From Heteronotia binoei (lineage: Eukaryota), in the NCBI RefSeq assembly GCF_032191835.1, contig NC_083226.1, positions 102,672,001-102,736,000 of the forward strand: a stretch of 64,000 bases of DNA. Direction: 5' to 3'. Of the stretch, positions 12,101 to 24,100 are shown piece after piece. The notes beneath the pieces are model-generated. The model saw nothing but the letters and a program-made list of their open reading frames with translations, did not search any database and had not been told where the DNA came from. Every line of letters starts with the position of its first letter. Position 1 is the stretch's first letter. Position numbers and translations under genes: made by a program.

Positions 12101-15100
12101 TCCTTATCGGGGGGAGAAGCATGCATCTTTCTTGCTTTTATTTATTTATTTATTTATTTTATTTAGTGGACTTATATCCCGCCCTTCTCACCGAAGTGTC
12201 TCAGGGCGGCTTTTGATGACGAGGCCACCACCACAGAGTTAGGTTTGGGGTGGTTGAAGAGGAAGTCGGCAGTGGATTCCTGTATTCTATACATGTGGTC
12301 AAGTCTGCGTGATGAAATAGGTATGGACGCAGGCTTATCCCACGAAGCTTTAGCTGTGTGTAACATAACGGTAGTCAATGGCAGAACTATAGCAGTGGAT
12401 GTGTCCATTTGAACGATATCGAAGACGCTATCCGTGATTATGGGTTGAGGTTGGACCGTGGGGAGTGATAAGGACTGTGCCATGCATCTAATGAGGTCAC
12501 CATAAGATTTTAGGTCCTCAGACGGAGAGATGGGTTGTTCCTCAGATACTTTGTGAGAGGGTGAGGGTTCGTCAGATGATGATGAAGCCTCTTGTTCCTC
12601 CGGGATCGATCCCTCTACTGACCTTGGGGAACCCGCGGGAGATTCCGAGTGTTCAGAAGGGAGTGTTGGTGGATCCGGAACCGGGTCTGTCACTGTGACC
12701 TGTTCAGAAGCCTGAAGATGTGAAGAGTCCTTTCGGTGACGGGACGATTCGGCGTCAGGCGGCTTAGACACTGAAGCAGATGGAGCTCGCTTCGGAGGTC
12801 TGTATGATGTCCGAGATCTACAGGAGGTTTCCGAATATTGGTTCCATTCCATCTGCCACGGGGGGAACCAGAGAAAAACCAAAGGCATCGGATATGATCC
12901 ATATAAATATTGCCATTGACACTGATCCCATGGCAACGGAGGTGGTAACCGCCGAGATGGGGAGTCCTCTTTAGGTCTAAATCTGGGCAAGCGGCTATGC
13001 GGAGACCTCTCTCTTCCTGACTCCCGGGATCGACGTCGATGGCGAGGACTTTGGGATTGGTCTCGCTAAAGGCTTCTGGATCAATCACGTTGAAGACTCC
13101 GGGATCTATCTTGAGGGCTTCGGGATCGACCTTGATGGGGGCTTCGGGATGGGCCCCGATGAGGGCTTCGAGATTGAAGGGTTTCAGCCACAGTTGGATT
13201 AGCTCGGGGGGACTGTCTTCAGCACCGGAGCGCTGCGTCAGATCCAGGTTGCGATTGGAATCGGAAGAAATAGCGATCTGGGTAGACATGGAAGCAAGCA
13301 TCGGAGGGCTTAGCCGACGACCCAGTGAGGCAAAAAGCTTCAATGGCGGAATGATAGGAGCCGTCAGGTCCAATGGCGACGCCGGAGAGGAGAGAGAAAC
13401 GGGTTTGCTGTGTCTCAGCTTGCCCGTCTTCTTCCTTTTCTTCGCTTCCGAAAGAGCTCCCTTATCCTCCCTTAGCCTCTTTGCAGGAGTGGAGGAGTCC
13501 AACTTAGAGGCCGAGCCCACTCTTTTAGTGGGGCGATCAGCGTCGGAAAGGGGCCTGTTGGTATCGACCGACTCTGATGTTGACAGTTTGTGGGTTCGCG
13601 CCGTCGGGGCAGACATCTTTCGTGGAGACAATGCCTGTTCCATCAGGGCAGCTGCGAGATGAGCCACTCTATTTTTCTTGATCTGCTTGGAAAATCTGGC
13701 ACAATGCGCGCACGAGTCCGGTCTATGCGACTCTCCCAGGCAAAGTAAACAGAGTGTGTGGCCGTCTGGTGGGGAGATTTTACTCCCGAACTTTGCACAC
13801 CTCTTGAAAAATCTCCAGCGCTTTTCCATGCAAAGGGGAAGGGGGGGGGGGTAGAAAAAAAAGAAAAGAAAAAAGGGAGGAATGGGCAGGAAATTCTGTT
13901 TTCGGCTTTCACCTCACGAGAGTAAAGTTAGAGAGATAATAGTACTAAGAAAGTCTATTGGAAATCCTAGGAAATCCTGAATATAAAGAAAAGTTCACCG
14001 ACCGTAGCGATGATTGACTGATCCAAGCGGCGGTCAGAAGAGAACTGGCAGGATGTCTGCTCCCATCTCAATGGGCATGCGCAGTGGGGCTTCTGGGCAT
14101 GCGCACTGGGACATGTCCACGGAAATCCGCGATCGTGATCGGCATTGGCGCCTTCTCCCATCATTGTAATGCACAGAGACCACGAAGAAGATCAAATGTT
14201 TTCCCTTCTTGAGTACAATGCTCAAATCATCTACCTTAGCACTCATTTGGGAAGGATGGAACACCCTTTTCCCCAGGGACAGCCTACAGCTTTGTCTACA
14301 GCTGGCAGAATCAGGGGAAGAGGATAGGAACAGAAGCAATATGAGTAAGTTGTAGTTATAAGCTGATCAAGGTGAGTTAATGTAGCTAAGATGACTCAGC
14401 TCAGAAACATATTAATCATAAATGTGAATTTAGTTGACTAACATTACCTGGAAAGCACGGAGAAGGGCCATATGGTCACTAAATGTTCCTGCTGTAAATC
14501 GCTTTCTGCACAACATAGCTGCACGTTTTTGAGAGGCTTGCGTGGGTAGCACAAAAGGGTCACGATATGCAAGAGTACAAGCAATTGTCAGAATAGGATC
14601 CAGGCACTTCAGAACAACAGCACACAACACCATTTTACCAAGATGAGGCTCTACTGGTAAATCAGCCAAATGATAGCCAAGTTCAGTCAGATCTTCCCAT
14701 GTATCCATTGCATCTATTGTCTGTTAAAAAAAGAGGGGAGGGGAGACAGAATAGAGCAAAAAGCACTATATAGAAGGACTTAATATTTAAACAAATTTGA
14801 ATTAGCTCAATTTATTTCTTCTGCCCTGATTTCATCCAAGTATGCCTCGTGAACTCAAAAACATTTGTATTCTCATTTGGAATGACAGTTCCCATGATAA
14901 CATCAGGAATACCCACTTTCAGACATATGCAAGAGTATAAGGCAAATTCTTTTTGAGGTGAAGTATTAGACCCTGAAGTATTTACAGAGATCTTCACCAA
15001 GTCAGTAATTAAACATTTTTGTTAACATTTTGTGTTTCAGATTCTAAGAGGCATGATGAAAGCTAAAAATACAAGCTAGATTTATTTCGTTTACTCACCT

Positions 15101-18100
15101 TAAGCATCTGTACAGCATTTCTCACTATCAAAGCAGGTGGTGGTTCTGGGGCTTTCATTAAAAAGTCAGCAATTGGACAGTTGATGGGAGCAAGCAATTT
15201 TGTATGCAAACAAAGCTCCTAGGAATTAAGGACATTGTTTTCAGAAAGCTAGAGAGTACTTTATCTAAAATATTTAGATATTTATTACAGGGATCCATCA
15301 GAAGAATCACTTTCTGTTTCACGTGTAACTCAGAAATATTCCATCAATTAGTTCCAACAATATTGACAATGGGTGACTTACATTCTTATGCAACCTTAAC
15401 ATACTCATTTGGGAAACAATAACGTAAAGTACACTTAAGAGCAATAATTAAAAGATATAAAAGACACCACTGTCACTAAAGTCTGTATATGGCAAAACCA
15501 AATTTATATACCAATCCTACATATTACTTAGAAGTACCTTTCTCCAAATTCAGCACAAGTTACTCCCAAGTCTCAGTGATAACTAGCTGCTTAAATAACA
15601 ATTTCTGCTTGAACAGCAATACAGGGTAGGGCTGCCCGGTCCTTGGTTCCTGCTGGTGGGGGTTGGAAGGGAGGTTTCCAGGAAGGGGGGGGGGGGGGCA
15701 GAGCAACATCATTTCACATGATGTCTCCAATGTGATGATGTCACAAAGAAGTTACAACGTCACATTGGGTCACTGCATGGCAACACTTTGGTATTTGGGC
15801 AAAACTCCATAATTTGCTCAAAATACCAGAGCACTGATGTGCGATGTCTCCAGCATGATGATGTCACTTCTGTGAGACATCATCACATTGGGGATGCCAA
15901 GTGGGGTCGTGGCTGTTGAAAGCAAGACTTCCCCCTGCTGGCCAGTAGTGGGTAGGAGCCCGTGGAATAAGACTACAAATCATACTCCCCTTTGGCTTCT
16001 TCCCCTGTACTCTCATCTGCGGGCTGGCAACCCTAATACAGGGGAAGAAGCCAAAGGGAAGTATGACTTGTGGTCTTATTATTTTGATCATTTCCACCAG
16101 TGGCACATCCAGCATCAGCCTGATTGCCAGACTCAACAGAGCCACAAATAGTGAAGTAAAGATGGCAGCTAACTTGTTTAAGAGATGCTTATCTAGAAAC
16201 AAAATAGCAACTTTTAGATATCTGAAGAGATGTCATTCAGAAAATGGCAGTTTACTATTGTTTATGAGGGTAAAACAAGTAACAATATGTTCATACTACA
16301 GGATAGCAAATTTCATTTAAATATTAATTTAACTGCATAGTAAAAGCTGTTCAACTTGCCTTGGGAGGATATGGGTTTTTCTTCACTGGAGGTTTTTAAA
16401 CAGGAACTGAAAAGCCATTTGTGAGGAATGATTTAATAAGAGGACCCTATGGATGCCTTCCAATTTAACAGTTCTATCATTCAAACTCACCTAAGCATCA
16501 TCTTCATGCTGAGAACCAGCATGTTGTAAAGGTCAGAGTGTTGAACTAGGATCTGGGACAGCCAAGTTCAATACTCAGTCTGCCATGAAAATTGATGGAT
16601 GAACTTGTCTCAGTCATTTTCTCTGAACCTAAATTACCTCATAGAGTAGTTATAATGATAAAATGAAGGAAGGGAGGAGAACAATATACACTACCCTGAA
16701 TTTCTCAAAAGGGTAATATAACAGTGTACTATACAAAATAATTGCATAAATAACCTAATTATGCTGTATCTTGAAAAATAACCTAATTGTGCTATATCAA
16801 GCTACTTATTACTGGTCAGTTATCCTCATACTTTGGAAACTTTATTTGCATAGATAAGTAAACTTCAAGTAAAATAGTAACATTACTTATATTGTAATAT
16901 GACATTGTGTACCGATTAGTGAAAGATAACTCACCTGTAGAGGCATTCTTAGGAGTTCTGGAGTCTGGAATTCAAGCATGTTCTGGAATCGGAGCTTGCT
17001 GAAAAGTCGGAAACAAATTCCAGGCCGGCAACGCCCTGCCCTTGTTAACAGAAATTATTATTTAAGATGAAATAAACATAGAAAGACGACATTTAGCAAG
17101 CAAAGGATCAAAGATGATCTCTAAGATACCTTCAAAGTAGATAATGTTCCATAGAGAAACACTTCCATATATTTTTAATAAAAATAAGTTTGGTATTCCT
17201 GTTTTTAAGGATCCATTAAACATAGTATGGTTTGATAACGACACTATAAATTATAAACTTATAACTGGTAATATGAAGTAAAAGTAGCTTAAATTACCGA
17301 GGAAAGATTACATTCTCTCCAGAATGGCCTAACAGGATTCTTACCAAAGAAGAAGTATGAGAGTCACTTTTATTAAAACCAGTTTAAAGTGAAATTAATT
17401 CTTACTACATTAGTAATATTACACAGAAGGGAAATAAAATTTTTACACTCAATTACAGACAGAACCAAAGAAGTATGATATCTATTTTCATGACTAGAAA
17501 CAAATCAATTGTATTTTCATTACCTTCCCTTTCTCTGGATGGCACTAGCTTTAGAAATCCATACCATCTTTAGCATAGTTACACAGTTCAATGCATCAAA
17601 GGATTTCTAAAACATAAGAAAATGCTAGTATTAGAAAAGTTAGATTTAAGAAGACCAAGGGAGCATGAATACTTAACACCATCAAAAAATACAGAAGTAC
17701 AAATGATGCATTCTGAAGCGACTATCACAAATTTTATTTTGCAAGGTATACTTTAAACACCTTTTAAAGCTAACAAATTCTGCTTATATTATAACATAAC
17801 ATCCCTTTACAATGCAATATTTGTTAACAATTTTTAGTTTAGAGCACAAGTTTAAGTTAACATACCTCTTTCATCTTTCCAGAATCAATCACAAAGACAA
17901 CATCGTTTACCGTGATGCTGGTTTCAGCAATATTAGTAGAAAGAATCTGCAATGACATATACACTGTGTTGTAGTAACACCACTCAAGAAAAAAAGGTTC
18001 ATTGGAACACATGAAAAATTATTTGATACTTGCTATTTTGCGGATGCCTGGGGATGAAGTCTTTAGCACTTTCTTTTGGTCTGATGTTTGCATATTTGAA

Positions 18101-21100
18101 TGCAACATAAAAACTTGGAACCTAGTATCAAAAAGGAGTACAAATGAAATGAAATATCATTTTCTGGTATTATGATGTTATTGTGTCAGGCTGTCATTGT
18201 GTCAGACTCTGCCTAACAGAGTCTGAGAACCTTTGAGTGACAGGCTGTTTGAACAGAATTCTGCTAAAATAATTTTATTGCTCTCTTTTTATAAATGTTT
18301 GTTTTAGAGTTTGTTCGTCTGTTGCATTTTTAAATCCTGTATGGTGTTTGTATTTTTTAAATGTCTGTTCTTATGAAAAGACTGGCTTTTGGCTATCTGC
18401 AATAAATAATAATGACTGTGATGGACTACCAAGGGTTAATGCCTAACAGTGACTTTGAGTGACAGGCTATTGAAATGGAATTCTGTAGAAAGAGTCAGTT
18501 AAGGAATGACAGTTGTCAACTGGCAATTGAAAAGAGACAGTTAAAAGCGACTGTGGACTAGAAAAGAGGTTAAGAGAGTGAGTGGATCAAGGAGAACCCT
18601 AATTCAAGCAAATAAAGGGAAATAGCTCTTAGAAAGGAGTGATCCTGGGCCTATGTATAAAGAAGGGTTTTGTGGACTTGGTTGCATATTGCTGCCTTCT
18701 AAACTTTACATGTCAGTGAAACTCAGAAAGCTACGCTTTTAAGTAGAAATTCTCATCAAAGTTTTAAAGACCTTGTTGAATTGCAAAAATACTTATTTGT
18801 TGGTAACAAATTATTTGATATTTGTATGAATACAAAGTTACCTCAATTTTATTATCTGTTCATTTCATACATCTTACACCTGATTTCACCCGACCTTTTC
18901 TCCTCCAAGTTAAACAAAACATTCTGTTTATTTGAAACTTTCAAAACCCTCTCATGCGCCATTTCAAAAGCAGAATACAAGGAGGTTTTGTCTTTTCTTT
19001 CAGTTCCCTCGGCTAAGCCACCATAAATCAATGAATCAATAATAGAAATAAAGTGACTGCGTGTGACAACCATAGCCAAACAAATAAAAAGAAAATAGAT
19101 ATAGGGGTTGCTCAGCAAGAAAGAAGGTGAAAGGGAAAATCCTGCTTGTGAGGGAGGGTAGAGAGTGAGATCATCATATTTGATGGCAGTATCGTGATAC
19201 AAAAATGAAACTCACAAATAGTTTGTTCCACCATAAATACAAAAAGAAAATATTTTAGAAATTTGGGAGAAATTACCTCAGAATACCTGTCAGAAATTGC
19301 ACCATCATGCAAACTCAGAAAGGTAAATGGGAATAATCAGGGAGAGGAAGAAACTACAGCTGGGTAAAATCCTAGGCAAGAGGTAGAAATTATAAGAATG
19401 AAAACTGAATTGTCTAAAATAGAAACTAACAGAGAAAAGAATAAATCAGGATTGAGGCAGAAAGAGAACAAATACAGTTAGCTAGAATTGCACAGCATGA
19501 AAGGGAAACTGAAAGACAACAAGAAAAAGAAATGTATACTATGAAGATGAAGGAAATACAGTTAAGAGCAGAATTGTCACCTCTACAGAGGAGACAGCCC
19601 CACCGTGGAACAAAAGAAATTCCCTCATTATCAAAAGGGATGATATAGAGGCCTTGAATGAACTTGTAGAATGAACTTGTTCTTTAGCCTTGAACGAACT
19701 TGTAGAGACTTTGGGGTCCCAGATGAGGACAGAATGATTTATTTGCACCCACAGATTTGTGGAGGACTGAGTGAAGTTTACACCAATATAAGAAATGAGG
19801 AGGACACTTATTATTTGTTCTTCAATGAAAGAATGACAGTGAAGTACTCCAGCTGGAATGCTTTTAGAGAGATTAGAAGAAAATAGGGTGAAACATACGC
19901 ACAGCTAGGTTGCCATTTAGACAGAGCCTTAAGCAGATGAAGAGAGCAAAATAAAGACATTTGAAGAACTGAAGCAAATAATTGGTTTGGAACAGTATTC
20001 TTTCCGAAAATTCTTCTTTATACACAGACCCAGGATTGCTCAATCTGTCACTCAAAAACTCTATTACACTCTGTCAGACTCTATTAGACATTTACCCTTG
20101 ATAGTCTGTTACAGTCACTGCAGATAGCCAAAAGCTACTGCAATCTTAACCTAAGAACGGAAGATTGGAAGCTCTTACCGTGAAGCTTCCTTCTCAGTGG
20201 TCCTGGAGTGGGATGGTCCGAGTAGGCTCCTCCTCCAGAACAGGGTCGTTGATCATTTGATCCGGCCTGGGGGAGGGGCCGCTCCGTTGGAAACTCCCCA
20301 GTCCATAGAAAAGCCATGCTCCCCCATCAGTAGAATTCTATAAAACAAACTCTGCATCATGGTAACAAACCACTCAGAGACCATAATGATGCAACGCCAT
20401 TTTAATAATTGCAACAGCAGAAGAAACTGCAACCAATAAGAAACTTCCTCTACCAGTGCCCCAGTACCCCCACAACCAAGCTCCCACAGCTACCAGCCTG
20501 GAGCAAGGCACAACACCAGGTGGGATGGACCGTCCCACTCCAGGACCACCGAGAAGGAAGCTTCACGGTAAGAGCTTCCAATCTTCCATTCTCTGGTGGT
20601 CCCTGGTAGTGGGACGGTCCGAAACTGTTGGGACATACAAAAGCAATATGTACCCCAAGCGGGTACATTTAATGTATAACCTGTTGTAGCACCCTGCGGC
20701 CAAAGGCCGCTTCAGCGGATGCCCACCTATTCACCTTATAATGCCTGGTGAATGAATGAGCCAAACTCCAGGTGGCTGCCCTACAAATGCCTTCCAGGGA
20801 TGAGAAGGACTTTTACACTGCAGATGTGGCTGCTCCTCGTAAGGAATGAGCCGTAATTCCTCCTGGAGGCTCTAACCCTGACGCCGTGTATGCTGCAGAA
20901 ATACATTGCCCCAACCACCTGCTCAGGGTCGAAGAAGTAACCGGTTTTCCCAAAGAAGGCGAATTAAAGGAAACAAACAAGGACTCTGACCTCCTAAAGT
21001 CCTTGGTTCTGTCTATATAAAAACTCAAGGCATGCTTAACATCTAACCGATGCCACTCCTTATCATGTTTGGGATTGGGACAGAATGAGGGTAATACCAA

Positions 21101-24100
21101 GTCCTGAGACCGGTGAAAAACTGAATTCACTTTAGGCATAAATGTCGGATCAGGTCTCAACACTACCCTGTCCTCATGAAAGGTACAAAGATCTTTATCC
21201 ACGGACAGAGCCTGCAACTCAGATACCCTGCAGGCAGAGGAAATCCCAACTAAAAACAGCGTTTTAAGCGTAAGATCCTTCAGGCTACAAGTAGCTCAAA
21301 AGGTGCATGACATAATGCCTTCAGCACCACATTTAACTTCCATGTAGGAAACCTATGTGCAGTAGGGGGATTCAAAAAACGCTTAACATGCGGATGCAAT
21401 GACAAGGAACCCCCTTTTTTAGCTCCACGAACAGCAGAAATAGCTGCCACCTGCCTACGAAGGGTATTAGTAGCCAACCCCTTGTCCAGGCCCTCTTGCA
21501 AGAATAGCAGCAGCTTCCAAACTGGTAACTTTATGGGATCTCAACCCCTTTCCACGCACCAGCTGGAAAAGACACACCAAGTGTTATTATACACCCGAGT
21601 GGTAGAACATTTTCTGGATGCCAACATAGTGTCAATCACAGATTTGTCAAACCCCAACTTAACTAACTGCGACCGCTCAACCTCCACACAGTTGACTGTA
21701 ACATGTCCGGCTGAGGATGGCAAACTGTCCCTTGTCTCAGCAATGTCTCAGATGCTGGGAGACGCCAAGGATTCTCCGTCGACAGCCACGTGAGGTCTTG
21801 AAAGCACCCCCGTCTCGGCCAGACGGGAGCAACCAGGATGAGCTCCGCTGTTTGCTGACGAATCTTGTGAACCAACTGGGGAATCAGCTGAAGTGGTGAG
21901 AAGGCGTTCAGAAGACCGTCCGGCCAGTCGCAGTTTAGAGCGTCTATGCCCTCTAACTGATTGTCCTTCTGTTTGGCGAAAAACCGTCGCACTTGATGAT
22001 TGTCCGCGGTTGCAAATAAATCCACAGTCACTCTGCCATATCTGCGCTGAAGAGACTGTAACACTGCTTTGTCCAGCGACCATTCCGTCTGATCCAGCCT
22101 CTGTCTGCTGAGCCAATCTGCCAGCCCATTGTCCTTCTCGGCTACATGAATCGCATTTATGGATAACAGATACTTCTCTGCCCAATCCAGTAAGCTGTTG
22201 GGCTCGCTGCACATTTTCCTGATTCTGGTCCCGCCTTGCCGGTTGACATAAGCTTTGGCTGTCACGTTGTTTGTCTTCACTAATGCGTGACTCCCCTGCA
22301 GCGTCGTCTGAAAACATAACAACCCCAGCCGAATCACCCTCAGCTCCAGCAAGACTCCGTCAGGGACCACTGACCTTGAATCATCATCCCTTGAGAATGC
22401 GCTCCCCAGCCAGAGAGGCTGGAGTCTGTAGTTACCACTATCCTCTGTGGCTCCTTCACTGACACTCCTTGCTGAAAATGGGATGGTTCCAGCCACCACT
22501 GAAGTTGCGTCTGCAGCTCCGGTGGAAGAAACACTAGCTTGTGCAACTTGCGAGCTATCACCTGCTGATAAGGGATCAGGAAGCATTGTAAGGGCCGTAG
22601 GTGGAAACGTGCCCAAGACAGTACATCCTGGCATGACACCAGAACCCCTAAAAGCTTTGCTAGAGTCACCACAGGCACCCGATTCAGGGACAATACCTCC
22701 TCCAACAATGATCTGAGGTTCACCTGTTATTCTTCTGACAAAAACACTTTGTGCCTCTGAGTATTGATCAGAACACCCAGATGCACTATTTCTTGTGTCA
22801 GAATAAGGTTGCTCTTTGTCCTGTTGACCACGAAACCATGGTCCTGCAGTATTTGAATAGTCTGATTGGTGTCCTCCAGGCTCTGCTGGAAGGAAGGGGC
22901 CCTGACCAAGAGATCGTCCAGATACGGATGAAGAGCCACACCCCCCATCTGTAAATGAGCTACCAAAGCTACCAGGATCTTTGTAAACACTTGCGGGGAA
23001 GACTTGAGCCCAAATGGCAAAGCCTGGTACTGGAAGTGCTTCCCATCGTATGCAAACCTAAAGAACCATCTGTGACTTGGTCGAATGGGAACATGCAAAT
23101 ACGCCTCAGACAGATCGACAGACGTCAGGTATTCTCGTTCTTGAACTGCCAATAAAATGGAATGCAAAGTCTCCATCCGAAACTTTTTGGTTTTCACAAA
23201 TCGATTTACCCATTTCAAGTCTAGAATGGCCTGGACATCGCCATTCTTCTATGGCACCAGGAATAAAATGGAATACACCCCTTGACCCCTCTGAGTTACA
23301 GGTACGGGTTCTATAGCCTTGATGTCCAGTAGATGTTGGATGGCGCCCAACATCCCCTGGTGCATGGTTGGGTATCGTTTTTTTGGCACTGAACGAAACC
23401 TCCAACGTGGGAGAGATTCCAGTTCTAAGGCATAGCCTTTGTATACAACCGACACCCTCCATCGGTCTGCAAAAAACTGTAGCAGCCCCCCGACAGGAAG
23501 CAGCTCTGGACTTCTGGCATAGTCATTGTGACCCTCCCTTTTTGGAGTCACTTTTGTTTCCCTTGTCGCTTCAGCTAGAAAAGGATTTAGTATCCCAACC
23601 ACTTCCCTCGGAAAGGCTTAAAACCCGAAGGCCGGGAGAATTTTTTGGAGTCCCGAAAGGGCTGGAAGGTTTTTTTAGGCTTGAAATCCTTCCTTTTAGA
23701 AGGCAAGACTTTCTTCTTGTCCTTCCCCTCAATCAGGAAGCATACCAGTTCACCCCCAAAGACGCTAACACCTTTGAATGGTATGACTGCCAGTCTAGCC
23801 TGTGCAGCTGCATCCGCATCCCAAGTCCTGAGCCAGGCGTTCCTGCGCGCTGCCACACTACAAGCCACTGCCCTTGTGGACAACTGCATTGCGTCTAGGG
23901 TCGCATCTGCAATAAATGCTGTGCCCAAGGCTATTTTCTTAAGCTCATCCTTGAATTCCTTTGGCACATCACTATCTGCTGAGGCCAAGTTGGATGCCCA
24001 GGTATATACTGCGCGTGCAAACAACGACCCCGCTGAAGGCGCCAGGATGGACCAAGCCGAGGCTTCAAAGTCCTTTTGTAATGCCTGTTCCATCCGTCTA

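Larger units (their letters stand above)
8172..14192 (-). mobile_element. DIRS1-type tyrosine-recombinase retrotransposon A, full length, decayed (YTHDC2 intron 20)
   Basis: Inverted terminal repeats (14030-14192 vs 8172-8372), ICR 8430-8522 complementary to both termini, and ordered gag-like, RT, RNase H, methylase and YR remnants. Confidence 0.95.
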
